Origin: Solirubrobacteraceae bacterium
GTDB lineage: Bacteria; Actinomycetota; Thermoleophilia; Solirubrobacterales; Solirubrobacteraceae
Reading direction: 5' to 3'
Length of the DNA: 64,000 nt
Assembly (NCBI GenBank): GCA_035702755.1
Contig: DASSZQ010000331.1
Span: forward strand, 478 to 64,477
Positions 32,900 through 42,396 of the stretch are shown piece by piece. A program made the translations under genes and the position numbers. Under the pieces are notes generated by a model. The model saw only the letters and a list, made by a program, of their open reading frames with translations. It was not told where the DNA came from and did no database searches. Within the stretch, counting starts at the first letter, position 1. Each line of letters starts with the position of its first letter.

Positions 32900-33834
32900 G
32901 GCGCGACGCGGACCGCGACGTCGCTGTCGACGAACTCGCGGTACAGGGCCTGCAGACGCTCCACCAGCGGGCCGCGGCGACCGTCGCCGATCGTGCGGCC
33001 GTCGACGGTGCGGACCGGCACCACGCCGGCGAACGTGCCGGTGACGAACGCCTCCCGCGCCGCATAGACGTCGGTGAGGCTGAACGTCGTCTCGCGCGCC
33101 GGGATGCCGTTGGCCCGGCAGATCTCCAGCACGTTGGCGCGGGTGATCCCACCGAGGCAGTAGCGGCCATCGGAGGTCAGGACCTCCGGTGCCTCCTCCG
33201 GCCCGGCGACGATGAAGAAGTGCGTGGAATTGCACGTGGCCACAAAGCCGTGCGGGTCGAGCATCAGTGCCTCGTCGGCCCCGGCGGTATACGCCTGGAT
33301 GCAGGCGGTGATGTCGTTGAGCTTGGAGTGCGCGTTGAGCTTGGGGTCAAGCGTGTCCGGAGCGGCGCGCCGGACATGGGTGGTGAACAGCATGATGCCG
33401 TCCCGCACCGTCGCCGGGAGCGGCTCCTTGTGCTCGGCGATGATCACAACCGTCGCCGGCCCAATCGTCACCCGCGGATCCTGGTAGGGCGTGCGCTTGA
33501 TCCCCCGGGTGACCATCAGCCGCACGTGCACGCCATCGGTCATGTCGTTGGCGCGCAGCGTCGCGTAGATGGCCTCGGTGAGCTCGCGGCGGCTGCGTCC
33601 CACGTCGAGCATGATCGCCTTGGCCCCCTCAAACAGCCGGTCGAGATGCCGCTCAAGAAACGCGGGGTGACCGGCCCGCACCCGCAGCCCCTCCCACACG
33701 CCGTCGCCGAGCACGAACCCGGCGTCAAACACCGACACCACCGCCTCAGCGCGGGGCACGAGCTTCCCATTGACCCAGATCCGGATGTGGTCGTTGCGCG
33801 GATCCTCGTCGAAGTCGTGCGTGCCGTGAGCCAT
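32896..33834 (-). CDS. Class IV (branched-chain / D-amino-acid type) PLP aminotransferase
   Basis: From ATG 33834 it reads IWVNGKLVPRAEAVVSVFDAGFVLGDGVWEGLRV...HLDRLFEGAKAI...VRLMVTRG...KLNAHSKLNDI...EALMLD..GFVATCNSTHFFIV...GGITRANVLE...AREAFVTGT. This is a canonical fold-type IV pattern, with the catalytic Lys in KLNAHSK. Confidence 0.85.
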   Translation of the reverse strand: MAHGTHDFDEDPRNDHIRIWVNGKLVPRAEAVVSVFDAGFVLGDGVWEGLRVRAGHPAFLERHLDRLFEGAKAIMLDVGRSRRELTEAIYATLRANDMTDGVHVRLMVTRGIKRTPYQDPRVTIGPATVVIIAEHKEPLPATVRDGIMLFTTHVRRAAPDTLDPKLNAHSKLNDITACIQAYTAGADEALMLDPHGFVATCNSTHFFIVAGPEEAPEVLTSDGRYCLGGITRANVLEICRANGIPARETTFSLTDVYAAREAFVTGTFAGVVPVRTVDGRTIGDGRRGPLVERLQALYREFVDSDVAVRVAP

Positions 33835-33964
33835 GGCGCGCAAGCTTACGGGCGGTCCGGCGGCGGAGGACGACGCCACGGCTATGAGGCAGTTTCCGGG
33901 TCCTTTGTGCGGCCCCCGGCGGGCGTTATCGTGGGTGCGTACATCAGAGAGAGGGGGCCTTGAG

Positions 33965-35878
33965 ATGTCTGACGAGCATCTCCGCCGCGGGGATGAGCGC
34001 CTCGATCCTGGGGAGGTGGATCGGCGCCGGTTCATGAAGACGATGGGGGCCGCGGCGGCCGGCGGGATCCTGGCCGAGCTGGGTGTGTTTGAGCAGATGG
34101 CGGGCGGCGCGACCGGGCCGGCCGGCGGACGGTCCCGGCGCCCCAACATCATCTTCCTGATGGTCGACGAGATGCGGTTTCCCAGCGTGTTCCCGCACGG
34201 GGTGCGCACTCCGGAGCAGTTCCTTGAGCGATTCATGCCCAACCTCCACGTGCTGTGGCGCCACGGCGTGAAGTTCACCAACCACCACACGGCGGGGGTG
34301 GCGTGCAGTCCGGCTCGGGCGTCACTGGTCACCGGGCTATACCCTCATCAGCAGTGGCTGCTGCAGACCCGGGCCGGTCGGCTCGCTCCGTCACTGCAGA
34401 CCGCGTTGCCCACCTACGGCAAGCTCCTGCGCAGCCTTGGCTACCGCACTCCGTACGTTGGCAAGTGGCATCTGTCCAACACCCCGTTGCGCGGCGCGAA
34501 GAGCAACCCGTGCGCCAGCGAGCACACGAGCGGATACCTTGAGGAGTACGGGTTCACCGGCATGACCAACCCGGACCCCTGGGGCCACAACGGGGAGGGC
34601 GCGCAGAAGGATGGTGATCCGATCGCCAACCAGGCGATCTGCTGGCTGGCGCATCACAGCTCCGCGCGCCAGCCGTACTGCCTGACGGTGAGTTTCGTCA
34701 ACCCGCATGACCGTCAGTACTTCTGGGCCGGCACCGAGGGCACCGCGTATGAAGCGCTGTTCGCCGGCCAGTCGCTCAAGCCGTTCATCGATGACTACAC
34801 ATCGATCCCCGGTGAGGACGATCCGCCCAGTTACGGATATGCCGCGTTGCCGCCCAACTGGGAGTCAGCCGCGCGCCTGCGCCAGCACAAGCCGTCGACC
34901 CAGACACTGTTTCGGCAATCTCAGGCGGCCGTGTGGGGAGGAGCCAGCGATTCTCCGGCGGCCACCGGCTTTGCGATCGAGCCGTTCCCGGGCGCCCCGG
35001 ATACGTATGGCCTCGGCATCGCGCCGTTCAGCTACTGGCGCCGGGGAATGGATGCCTACACGTACGCGATGACGCTGATCGACCAGCAGATCGGCAGGGT
35101 GGTGGCCAGCGTGCCCCGCAGCCAGCTTCGCAACACCGTGTTTGTGTTCGCCTCCGATCATGGCGATTTCAGCGGAGCCCATGGATTCCTGAATGGAAAG
35201 ATGGGCACCGGTTACCGGGAGGCCTACCACGTCCCGTTGATCGTGGCTGATCCCAGCGGCCGGCTCACCGCTCACCAGGAACTGCCGCGCCACCAGCTGA
35301 CCTCAAGCGTGGACGTGACACCGTTTCTGGCCAGCCTGGGAAACGGCGGCAGCCGTTCGTGGATGCGGGGCGATCTTCGTCGCATGTACGGTCACCGCCT
35401 GGACCTGGTCCCCCTGCTGCGCAATCCGCGTGCGACCGGCCGTGATCACCTGCTCTTCGCCACCGACGAGATCCCGCCCACGGGGATCAATTACCTGCGG
35501 GCGCCGTATCACATCCTCGGCGTGCAGACCGACACCGCCAAGCTCGTCACCTACAGCCACTGGGCGCCGCGAACCGCAACGCTCATCGCGCGGGGCATGG
35601 AGATCGAGTTCTACGACTACGCCACGGCGGCCGGCCGGGCCGAGCTGGACAGCACCCCGGAGGATCCCCGCGCCCGGGCGCTGCTGCGAAAGCTGCTCGG
35701 CCAGTACCTGGCGCAGGAGATGCAGGCGCCGTTACCGACGCCGGCCCTGCGTGCCGCAGCGCGCCGCGCGCAGAAGGCCTATCTCAACTGGGTGACGGTG
35801 GTCAACGCCTACGGCCTCACCCAACTCATCCAGCAGCACAAGCTTCGCGACGTGCTTGGCTGGGGCCTGACGGTGTGA
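33965..35878 (+). CDS. Tat-exported formylglycine-dependent sulfatase
   Basis: ATG 33965. The twin-arginine signal is DRRRFMKTMGAAAAGG. PNIIFLMVDEMR and the CSPARASLVTG (CxPxR) formylglycine motif are present, followed by SDHGD. Confidence 0.85.
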   Translation: MSDEHLRRGDERLDPGEVDRRRFMKTMGAAAAGGILAELGVFEQMAGGATGPAGGRSRRPNIIFLMVDEMRFPSVFPHGVRTPEQFLERFMPNLHVLWRHGVKFTNHHTAGVACSPARASLVTGLYPHQQWLLQTRAGRLAPSLQTALPTYGKLLRSLGYRTPYVGKWHLSNTPLRGAKSNPCASEHTSGYLEEYGFTGMTNPDPWGHNGEGAQKDGDPIANQAICWLAHHSSARQPYCLTVSFVNPHDRQYFWAGTEGTAYEALFAGQSLKPFIDDYTSIPGEDDPPSYGYAALPPNWESAARLRQHKPSTQTLFRQSQAAVWGGASDSPAATGFAIEPFPGAPDTYGLGIAPFSYWRRGMDAYTYAMTLIDQQIGRVVASVPRSQLRNTVFVFASDHGDFSGAHGFLNGKMGTGYREAYHVPLIVADPSGRLTAHQELPRHQLTSSVDVTPFLASLGNGGSRSWMRGDLRRMYGHRLDLVPLLRNPRATGRDHLLFATDEIPPTGINYLRAPYHILGVQTDTAKLVTYSHWAPRTATLIARGMEIEFYDYATAAGRAELDSTPEDPRARALLRKLLGQYLAQEMQAPLPTPALRAAARRAQKAYLNWVTVVNAYGLTQLIQQHKLRDVLGWGLTV

Positions 35879-35914
35879 GCGCGGGGATGTCCCGGAACCG
35901 AACCGCGGGCCCGC

Positions 35915-36709
35915 TCACGACGCGCCGGGAAAGCGCGGTGCGCGCCGCTCGCTGATCGCCTCGGCCCCCTCGCGCACGTCGCCGCCGAGGAACGAGAGCA
36001 TCTCGTAGGCGACGCTGGCGTCAAACGCCGGGATGGCGGCGCGCAGCCAGTGGTTGAGCGTCCGCTTCGTCCAGCGCGCGGCGTCCTGCGGCCCGGTGGC
36101 GATCCGCTCGGCGACCTCCAGCGCCGTCGTCAGCACCTCGTCTCCGGGAACGCACCGGCTGACGAGCCCAATCCGCTCGGCCTCGGCCCCGTCGATGAAG
36201 TCGGCGGTGAGCAGGTAGTACTTGGCCTTGGCCATCCCGCACAGCAGCGGCCACAGCAGCGCCGCATGGTCCCCGGCGACGACACCGAGGCGCAGGTGCC
36301 CGTCGGTGAGCCGCGCCTCGCGGGCGATGATGCTGATATCGGCCATCAACGCCACGGCCAGGCCGGCCCCCACCGCGGTTCCGTTGATCGCCGAGACGAT
36401 CGGCTTGTCGCAGTCGATCATCCCCAGCACCAGCTCGGCGGCCTCGCTCGCCATCGCCGCCACGCGCCGGTAGTCCCCGCTCATGCGCCGGATCATCTCG
36501 AGGTCTCCCCCGGCCGAGAACGCGCTGCCCGCGCCGGTGATGACCGCCACCCGGGTGGCCGGATCGCCGGCGATGCCTCGCCACAGGGTGGCCAGCTCCC
36601 GGTGCAGCACCTCGTCGGTGGCGTTCAGGCGCTCCGGGCGGTCGATCGTGACCAGCAGGACTCCGTGATCGCGCTGCTCGAGACGGAGGTGGCGGTGCTG
36701 CCCTGCCAT
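35915..36709 (-). CDS. Enoyl-CoA hydratase/isomerase (crotonase) family protein
   Basis: 264 aa. [13 protein letters not shown]...[17 protein letters not shown]...[24 protein letters not shown] is the classic crotonase signature. Confidence 0.85.
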   Translation of the reverse strand: MAGQHRHLRLEQRDHGVLLVTIDRPERLNATDEVLHRELATLWRGIAGDPATRVAVITGAGSAFSAGGDLEMIRRMSGDYRRVAAMASEAAELVLGMIDCDKPIVSAINGTAVGAGLAVALMADISIIAREARLTDGHLRLGVVAGDHAALLWPLLCGMAKAKYYLLTADFIDGAEAERIGLVSRCVPGDEVLTTALEVAERIATGPQDAARWTKRTLNHWLRAAIPAFDASVAYEMLSFLGGDVREGAEAISERRAPRFPGAS

Positions 36710-36770
36710 GTCCTCGTTGTACGGGGCCGGTCAGACGGAACGGTCGACCGCGGTCAGCTACCGTGCGCCC

Positions 36771-39116
36771 ATGGACGAGGTCCTGACCGCAACACCGCCG
36801 CGTCTCAGCCTCGCCGATGCCGTGACGGTCGCCCACTCATGCTTCGGCGTGGCGGCCGCCGAGGCGCGCGACCTCGGCAGCGAGCGCGACCGGACCTTCG
36901 CCCTCAGCGACACCGCCGGCAGGCCGGTGGCGATCATGAAGATCTCCAACCCCTCAGAGGACGCGGACGTGCTCGACATGGAGGCCGAGGCCGCCCAGCA
37001 CGTGGCGGCCGTCGACCCCGGGCTGCGCGTGGCGTTGCCGTGGCGGTCACTGGCCGCCGGCGACCCGGGGACGGCCCGCCCCGGCGATGCCCTCGCCGAC
37101 CTGCGGACACGCTGGGAGGACCGCGACCACGTCGGCCACTGGGTGCGGCTCTATGACGTCCTGCCCGGTCACAGCCGCATCGCCGCCAACCGCCTGGCCG
37201 ACGAGGCGCTCATCGCCTGGGGCGAGACGACGGCGCGGCTGGCCCGGGCGCTGCGCGGCTTCACCCACGCCCGGGCGCGACGCACGATGCTGTGGGACGT
37301 CCAGCACGCGCTCGCCGCCCGCGGGATGCTTGACGACATCCGCAATCCGCGGGAGCGCGAGCTCGTCGTCCGCGTGCTCGACCGCTTTGAGCAGACGGTG
37401 GCGCCGGTGTGGCCGCGGCTGCGCGCCCAGGTCGTCCACACCGACCTGACCGTCGACAACACGCTCACCGACGACGCGGGCTTCATCACCGGCGTCATCG
37501 ACTTTGGCGACATGAGCTTCACCGCGCTCATCACCGACCTGGCGTCGGTGCTCGACTCGCTGGGCGAGGGCCGCGAGGGCGCCGAGCTCTTTCGCATGGC
37601 CCGCCTCGTGCTCGACGGCTACCAGCGCCGCATCGAGCTGGAGGCGCTGGAGCTCTCGGTGCTCGGCGTCATGTGGGCGGCACGCAGCGCACTGACGATC
37701 GCGATCAGTTCCTGGCGGGTGGCCCAGGGCCTGGAGGAGCAGGCGTTCGCCGAGCGCTACAACGCCGAGTGCACCCGGATGCTCGCCACCATGGAGGCCG
37801 CGGGGTGGGACGAGGTCGCCCGGCAGCTGGGTGCACCCGCGCGCCGCCCGCCGGCGGACGCCGCCCTCGCCGAGCGCCGCGCCGCGGTGTTCGGCCCCAC
37901 GATGGAGCCCCTCTTCTACGACGTCCCCGTGCAGGTCGCCTCCGCCGCCGGCGTGTGGATCACCGACACGGCGGGGCGCCGCCACCTCGACGCCTACAAC
38001 AACGTGCCGTGCGTCGGTCACGGCCATCCCCGGGTCACCGCCGCCATCGCCCGTCAGAGCCGGCAGATCAACACCCACATGCGCTACCTGCACCCGGCGG
38101 CGATCGACCTGGCCGAGCGGCTCGTCGCCCTCTGCCCGCCGCAGCTCGACACCGTCCTGTTCGTCAACTCCGGCTCGGAGGCCAACGATCTGGCGTGGCG
38201 AATGGCCACGGCGGTCACCGGCCGCACCGGCGCCCTGTGCACGGCGTTCGCGTACCACGGGATCACCGAGGCGACGGCCGCGCTCTCGCCGGAGGGCTGG
38301 TTTGACGCCACGCCGCCGGCGCACGTCGAGACGTGGGAGCCGCCGGACACCTACCGCGGGACGCACCTGACCGCCGACGGCTTTGCCGCCGCGCTCGCGC
38401 GCCTCGGAGCCCGGCAGATGGCGCCGGCGGCGGCCATCCTCGACGGGCTGATCACCAGCGACCGCATCGCCGACCTCGACGCGGCGTACGTCCAGGACCT
38501 CGTGCGCCTCACCCATGAGGCGGGCGGGCTGTGGATCGCCGACGAGGTCCAGGCCGGCCACGGCCGCACCGGCGATGCCATGTGGGCGTTTGCGCGCTTT
38601 GGCGTCGTCCCGGACTTCGTCACCCTCGGCAAGCCGATGGGCAACGGCCATCCCGTGGCCGCCGTCGTCACCCGCCGCGAGATCGTGTCGGCGCTCGCCG
38701 GCCACACGACCCTGTTCAGCACGTTCGGCGGCAACCCCGTCTCCGCCGCCGCTGCCCTCGCCGTGCTTGACGTCATCGAGGACGAGCGGGTGCTTGACCG
38801 CGTGCGGCAGACCGGGGCGGTCCTGCGCGAGGCGCTGGCCGAGGTGGCGGCGCGGCACCCCGGCGTCGGCGAGGTCCGCGGCACCGGGCTCGCCTGGGGA
38901 ATCGAGCTTGTCAGCGACCCCGCCACGCGCGAACCGGACAGGGCCCGCGCCCGGGCCGTGCGCGATCGCCTGCGCCACCGCGGCGTCCTCGTCGGCACCA
39001 CCGGCCGGGACGTCAACACGCTGAAGATCCGCCCGCCGCTGGCATTCACCGCCGAGCACGTGCCCGTCCTCACCGCCGCCCTGGACGCGGCACTGGCCGA
39101 GACCGCCCCGGCCTGA
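36771..39116 (+). CDS. Fusion protein: APH/hydroxylysine-kinase-like phosphotransferase domain + class III PLP enzyme of the phospho-lyase (AGXT2L-like) type
   Basis: The N-terminal domain has VVHTDLTVDNTL (HxDxxxxN catalytic loop) and GVIDFGDM (DFG-like). The C-terminal domain has YNNVPCVGHGHPRV, FVNSGSEANDLAWRMA, IADEVQAGHGRTG and VTLGKPMGNGHPVAAVV (PLP lysine). Confidence 0.8.
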   Translation: MDEVLTATPPRLSLADAVTVAHSCFGVAAAEARDLGSERDRTFALSDTAGRPVAIMKISNPSEDADVLDMEAEAAQHVAAVDPGLRVALPWRSLAAGDPGTARPGDALADLRTRWEDRDHVGHWVRLYDVLPGHSRIAANRLADEALIAWGETTARLARALRGFTHARARRTMLWDVQHALAARGMLDDIRNPRERELVVRVLDRFEQTVAPVWPRLRAQVVHTDLTVDNTLTDDAGFITGVIDFGDMSFTALITDLASVLDSLGEGREGAELFRMARLVLDGYQRRIELEALELSVLGVMWAARSALTIAISSWRVAQGLEEQAFAERYNAECTRMLATMEAAGWDEVARQLGAPARRPPADAALAERRAAVFGPTMEPLFYDVPVQVASAAGVWITDTAGRRHLDAYNNVPCVGHGHPRVTAAIARQSRQINTHMRYLHPAAIDLAERLVALCPPQLDTVLFVNSGSEANDLAWRMATAVTGRTGALCTAFAYHGITEATAALSPEGWFDATPPAHVETWEPPDTYRGTHLTADGFAAALARLGARQMAPAAAILDGLITSDRIADLDAAYVQDLVRLTHEAGGLWIADEVQAGHGRTGDAMWAFARFGVVPDFVTLGKPMGNGHPVAAVVTRREIVSALAGHTTLFSTFGGNPVSAAAALAVLDVIEDERVLDRVRQTGAVLREALAEVAARHPGVGEVRGTGLAWGIELVSDPATREPDRARARAVRDRLRHRGVLVGTTGRDVNTLKIRPPLAFTAEHVPVLTAALDAALAETAPA

Positions 39117-39159
39117 GCCGGTCCCAGCGCCGCCGGGCTTGGCACGTTCCTGACGCGGG

Positions 39160-39519
39160 TCATGAGCACGGGCGCGCCGCCGTGCACGGGTTCCGAAGCA
39201 CGACGACGCTGCCGGACCGAACCCGCGTGCCCGGCGCCGGCACCTGGCCGGTGACCCGGAACTCGTCCATGCTGCTGTGCACCCCGCCTGAGCCGCACCC
39301 GGAGATCGGCCCGGCCGTCCCCTGCCGCTGTCCCGGGAAGCGCCACCGCAGGCGCACCTGAGTCAGCCCGCAGGTCGCGTCCCGCAGCGTCAGGCCAACC
39401 ACGTCCGGCACCGTGACCGTGTCCGTCACCGGACGTGGAGCGGGCGTGCCCGTGGCGCCGCACCCCGCGCCGATCAGCGCGATCCCAGCCAGGACAAGCG
39501 CACCGAACCGCCGCATCAC
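39160..39519 (-). CDS. Small lipoprotein with a PASTA-like domain
   Basis: Lipobox IALIGAGCGATG. VTVPDVVGLTLRDATCGLTQ...VTGQVPAPGTRVRSGSVVVLR has the PASTA pattern. The start is GTG 39519 or ATG 39516. Confidence 0.6.
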   Translation of the reverse strand: MMRRFGALVLAGIALIGAGCGATGTPAPRPVTDTVTVPDVVGLTLRDATCGLTQVRLRWRFPGQRQGTAGPISGCGSGGVHSSMDEFRVTGQVPAPGTRVRSGSVVVLRNPCTAARPCS

Positions 39520-39535
39520 CTGCCGAGACTACGGT

Positions 39536-39566
39536 GATCCCACGGTCCCGTCACACACGTGGGATC
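39536..39566. promoter_or_regulatory. Perfect 9-bp inverted repeat GATCCCACG-N13-CGTGGGATC in a divergent promoter region
   Basis: Read directly. It lies between the lipoprotein start (39519, minus) and the patatin start (39695, plus). Confidence 0.4.
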
Positions 39567-39694
39567 TGAGTGCGACCCGGAGAAACCCCCAGGACAGGCC
39601 GCGCCGCCGGGCGGATGTGAGGGTGCTCGCGCATGTCTAGCGTCGGTGTCACCCGGTGCGATGACCAACACCGGGGCTGACAGGAGGATCCGGG

Positions 39695-41044
39695 ATGCAC
39701 GGCGATCCGACAGACGTTCACGCCAGCACGCCACACCTGGCCGAGACCGAGCAGGAGAAGACGGTGGCGGTCGTCGTGGCCGGCGCGGGCGCGCGCGGCG
39801 CCTACGAGGCCGGCGCGCTGTCGGTCCTCATTCCCTGGCTGACCAAGCACGGACGCAAGCCCTCGGTCTTCGTCGGCACCAGCGCCGGAGCCATCAACGC
39901 GGTTCTGTTCGCGGCCGTCGCCCACCGCAAAAACCAGGCCGACGCCGCCCAGGAGGTGCTCGATGCCTGGCGGTCGCTGACGCCGCATACCAAGGTGTTT
40001 CGCTCGCCCTGCAGGAGCGCCCTGGTCAAGACGCTGCCGGCCTATCTCAAGCAGGTCGCCGACAACGGCCACGTTGTCAGCCTGCTGGACACGACACCGA
40101 TGCTGAAGACGGCCCAGACGATCTTCACCCCGGAGCGAGCACGGCAACTGCGGCACAACATCCACGGCAAGGACGGGGCCGTCAAGGCGGTCGCCGTGAC
40201 CGCGACCAGCGACACCGAGCGCACGACGGTGTTCATCGACAAGCGCGAGGGCTGGCCCGTCGCTGCTCCGGACCCCGGTCGCGCCATCGACTACGAGTTC
40301 ACCGCGCTGACGACCGACCACGTGCTGGCGTCATGCGCCATCCCGGTGTTCTTTCCCCCGGTCACCGTCAACGGACGCGCCTACATCGACGGCGGCGTTC
40401 GCCTGAACACCCCGCTGGAGCCGGCGATCAACCTGCACGCCGACGAGGTGGTGGTGGTCGCCACCCATCCCGCAACCTATCCCCCACCGGACGGCGTCGC
40501 GCGAACCCGGGATGCCGTCGACGGCGTCGTCACGCTGCTTGACACCGTCCTCGCCGATCGGATGGTCGAGGACCTCCATACGCTGGAGCGCATCAACCAG
40601 GCGGTCCGTGCGGTGGGGCAGAGCATTCGCCTGCCGAGCACCGAGCTGCGCTACGTGGAGCCGACGTTTGTGGGGCCGACCAGCCGCCATGAGCTGGGCC
40701 AGCTGGCCGAGGATGTCTTTGACAGCAGCTACGGCACGCGCCACCCCCTGCACAGCATCGACCTGGGGCTGCTGCACCTGTTCATCGGCGCGCGCGAGCA
40801 GGGCGCCGGTGACCTGCTCAGCTACCTGTTCTTTGAGCGCGACTTCGTCAACGCGGCGATCGCCCTCGGCATCTGCCATGCGCAGGAGTTCATCCGCCAC
40901 GCTCCCGCGGCCGGCCGCCCGTCGCCACCGCCCCCGGCGGCGAACCGGACGACGGGACGAGCGGCGCCGCCGGTGAGCCTGGTGACGCGCCGTCGCCCCA
41001 CCATCGTCAGACCTGCTCGGCCGTCGCCCAGAACGCGTCCATGA
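39695..41044 (+). CDS. Patatin-like phospholipase
   Basis: VVVAGAGARGAYEAGAL (oxyanion GxGxxG), VGTSAGAINA (GxSxG nucleophile) and IDGGVRLNTP (catalytic Asp, DGG). The C-terminal tail is Pro/Arg-rich. Confidence 0.85.
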   Translation: MHGDPTDVHASTPHLAETEQEKTVAVVVAGAGARGAYEAGALSVLIPWLTKHGRKPSVFVGTSAGAINAVLFAAVAHRKNQADAAQEVLDAWRSLTPHTKVFRSPCRSALVKTLPAYLKQVADNGHVVSLLDTTPMLKTAQTIFTPERARQLRHNIHGKDGAVKAVAVTATSDTERTTVFIDKREGWPVAAPDPGRAIDYEFTALTTDHVLASCAIPVFFPPVTVNGRAYIDGGVRLNTPLEPAINLHADEVVVVATHPATYPPPDGVARTRDAVDGVVTLLDTVLADRMVEDLHTLERINQAVRAVGQSIRLPSTELRYVEPTFVGPTSRHELGQLAEDVFDSSYGTRHPLHSIDLGLLHLFIGAREQGAGDLLSYLFFERDFVNAAIALGICHAQEFIRHAPAAGRPSPPPPAANRTTGRAAPPVSLVTRRRPTIVRPARPSPRTRP

Positions 41045-42122
41045 CCACGGCGCGGCGCTCGTCGTCAAGCGACGTCGGCCAGGTCGACAGCACCGCGATC
41101 ACCGTCCGCGTCGCCCGGTCGACGAACAAAAACTGCCCGTGGATGCCGATGCCGAGCAGCACCCGCCCCGGCACTGGGACCCACCACTTGTTGCGGTAAT
41201 GGCCGCCGGGCCACTCGGCGCTGTGCTCGTCCTGGGCAAACGCCTGCGCCGAGTCCTCGCCCCCGGCGAGCGTGTCGGCCAGCCACTGCGCCGGGACAAC
41301 CTGCCGACCCTCGACGGCGCCGTCGTCCAGCACCATCTGTCCGAACCGCGCCAGGTCGCGCAGCGTCACGCAGATGCCGCCGTCGGCGACCGGGAACCCG
41401 TCGGCGTCGACGGTGACGTAGGCATCGGTCTCGGCACCCATAAGGCTCCACAGCTCGCGGCCCAGCGTCTCGCCGAACGACGCGCCCGCGGCCCGTTCGA
41501 TCACCAGCCCCAGCACATCGGTGAGGATCGACCGGTACTCAAAGCGCCCGCCGTGCTCACGGTGATTGCCCAGCCCCGCCAGATAGGCCAGCGAGCTGAC
41601 CGCCGGGCGCGGCCCCGGCGCCCAGCCGAACTGCGCCTCGCTGGCGCGGATGTCGCTGTCCGGGTCGGCGTAGGTCTCGTCAAACCGGGTGCCCGCGCGC
41701 ATGTCCAGCAGATGGCGCACGGTCGCGCCGGCAAAGCTGGAGCCGGCCAGTTCCGGGACGTGCGCGGTCACCAGGTCATCCACGGTCAGCGCCCCGCGCG
41801 CCACCAGCACGCCGGTCAGCATCCCGGTGATCGACTTGGAGATCGACTGCAGCAGGTGGACGTCGTCAGGTTGCATGCCGCGCCGGTACTCCTCCACCAG
41901 CACCGCCCCGTCATGCAGGACCATCACCCCGTCGGTTCGATCGTCGTCGAGCAGGCGCTCCGCTGCCAGCCCGGTCCGCCCCGCCGCCGCCGCGGGCAGC
42001 GCGGACGGCCGGTCGGCGCGGCGTACGCGGGCGGTGGGGATGAGCTCGCGGATGTGGCGGTAGCTCCACGCGGTGTGCTCCGGCCGCTGCCAGTTGGCCA
42101 GCGTGATCCCATTGCGCGGCAC
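41007..42122 (-). CDS. Serine hydrolase, beta-lactamase (class C/esterase) family
   Basis: 371 aa with the SxxK motif in LQSISKSITGML. Length and pattern are typical of this family. Its 3-prime end overlaps the patatin 3-prime end by 38 nt. Confidence 0.8.
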   Translation of the reverse strand: MPRNGITLANWQRPEHTAWSYRHIRELIPTARVRRADRPSALPAAAAGRTGLAAERLLDDDRTDGVMVLHDGAVLVEEYRRGMQPDDVHLLQSISKSITGMLTGVLVARGALTVDDLVTAHVPELAGSSFAGATVRHLLDMRAGTRFDETYADPDSDIRASEAQFGWAPGPRPAVSSLAYLAGLGNHREHGGRFEYRSILTDVLGLVIERAAGASFGETLGRELWSLMGAETDAYVTVDADGFPVADGGICVTLRDLARFGQMVLDDGAVEGRQVVPAQWLADTLAGGEDSAQAFAQDEHSAEWPGGHYRNKWWVPVPGRVLLGIGIHGQFLFVDRATRTVIAVLSTWPTSLDDERRAVVMDAFWATAEQV

Positions 42123-42268
42123 GTCGTTCCTCCTCAGTCGGCGGGCGCTGACCGTACGCGCTCACCAGCGCGCCTGTCAACGCGGGTGACATCACCGGCC
42201 GCGGGGCCCGGCGGTCGCGCGCGCGGTGAGGGTTGAGCTATGCCGGATGGAGGGGAGGCCGAACGTCT

Positions 42269-42396
42269 GCGGAGGACCCGGTTTGTTCGAGACTCGGACC
42301 GGCCGATCTGATCTCGCCGGTATGTGCCCTCTGGGGGCAGTTATGTTCGAGATCGTCGGCGCCGATCGGGATTTCGAACGGATCGGAGGCGTCCGC
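42269..42396 (+). repeat. Dispersed TIR-bearing intergenic element, copy 4
   Basis: The core (42286-42390) has TTCGAGAC at offset 1, GATCTCG at 25, TTCGAGATCG at 61 and GGATTTCGAAC at 84. The 5-prime end GCGGAGGACCCGGTTTGTTCGAGAC matches the reverse complement of the 3-prime end (GCGGACGCCTCCGATCCGTTCGAAAT). Confidence 0.75.

Noticed and set aside
36021-37156. ORFs 36021..36836 (-) and 36050..37156 (+) around the crotonase gene
   Set aside because: Both are alternative frames or strands of the crotonase and the kinase-fusion 5-prime region. The crotonase frame alone carries the family signature.
37047-39059. 670-aa ORF antisense to the kinase/aminotransferase fusion gene
   Set aside because: It has no motifs, is Arg/Gly/Asp-rich, and is entirely contained within a gene that has clear catalytic motifs on the other strand.
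39695-41044. Patatin as the effector of a CBASS-like or other anti-phage system
   Set aside because: No nucleotidyltransferase/cyclase, STAND/ATPase sensor or other defence partner is adjacent. The neighbours are a lipoprotein and a serine hydrolase.
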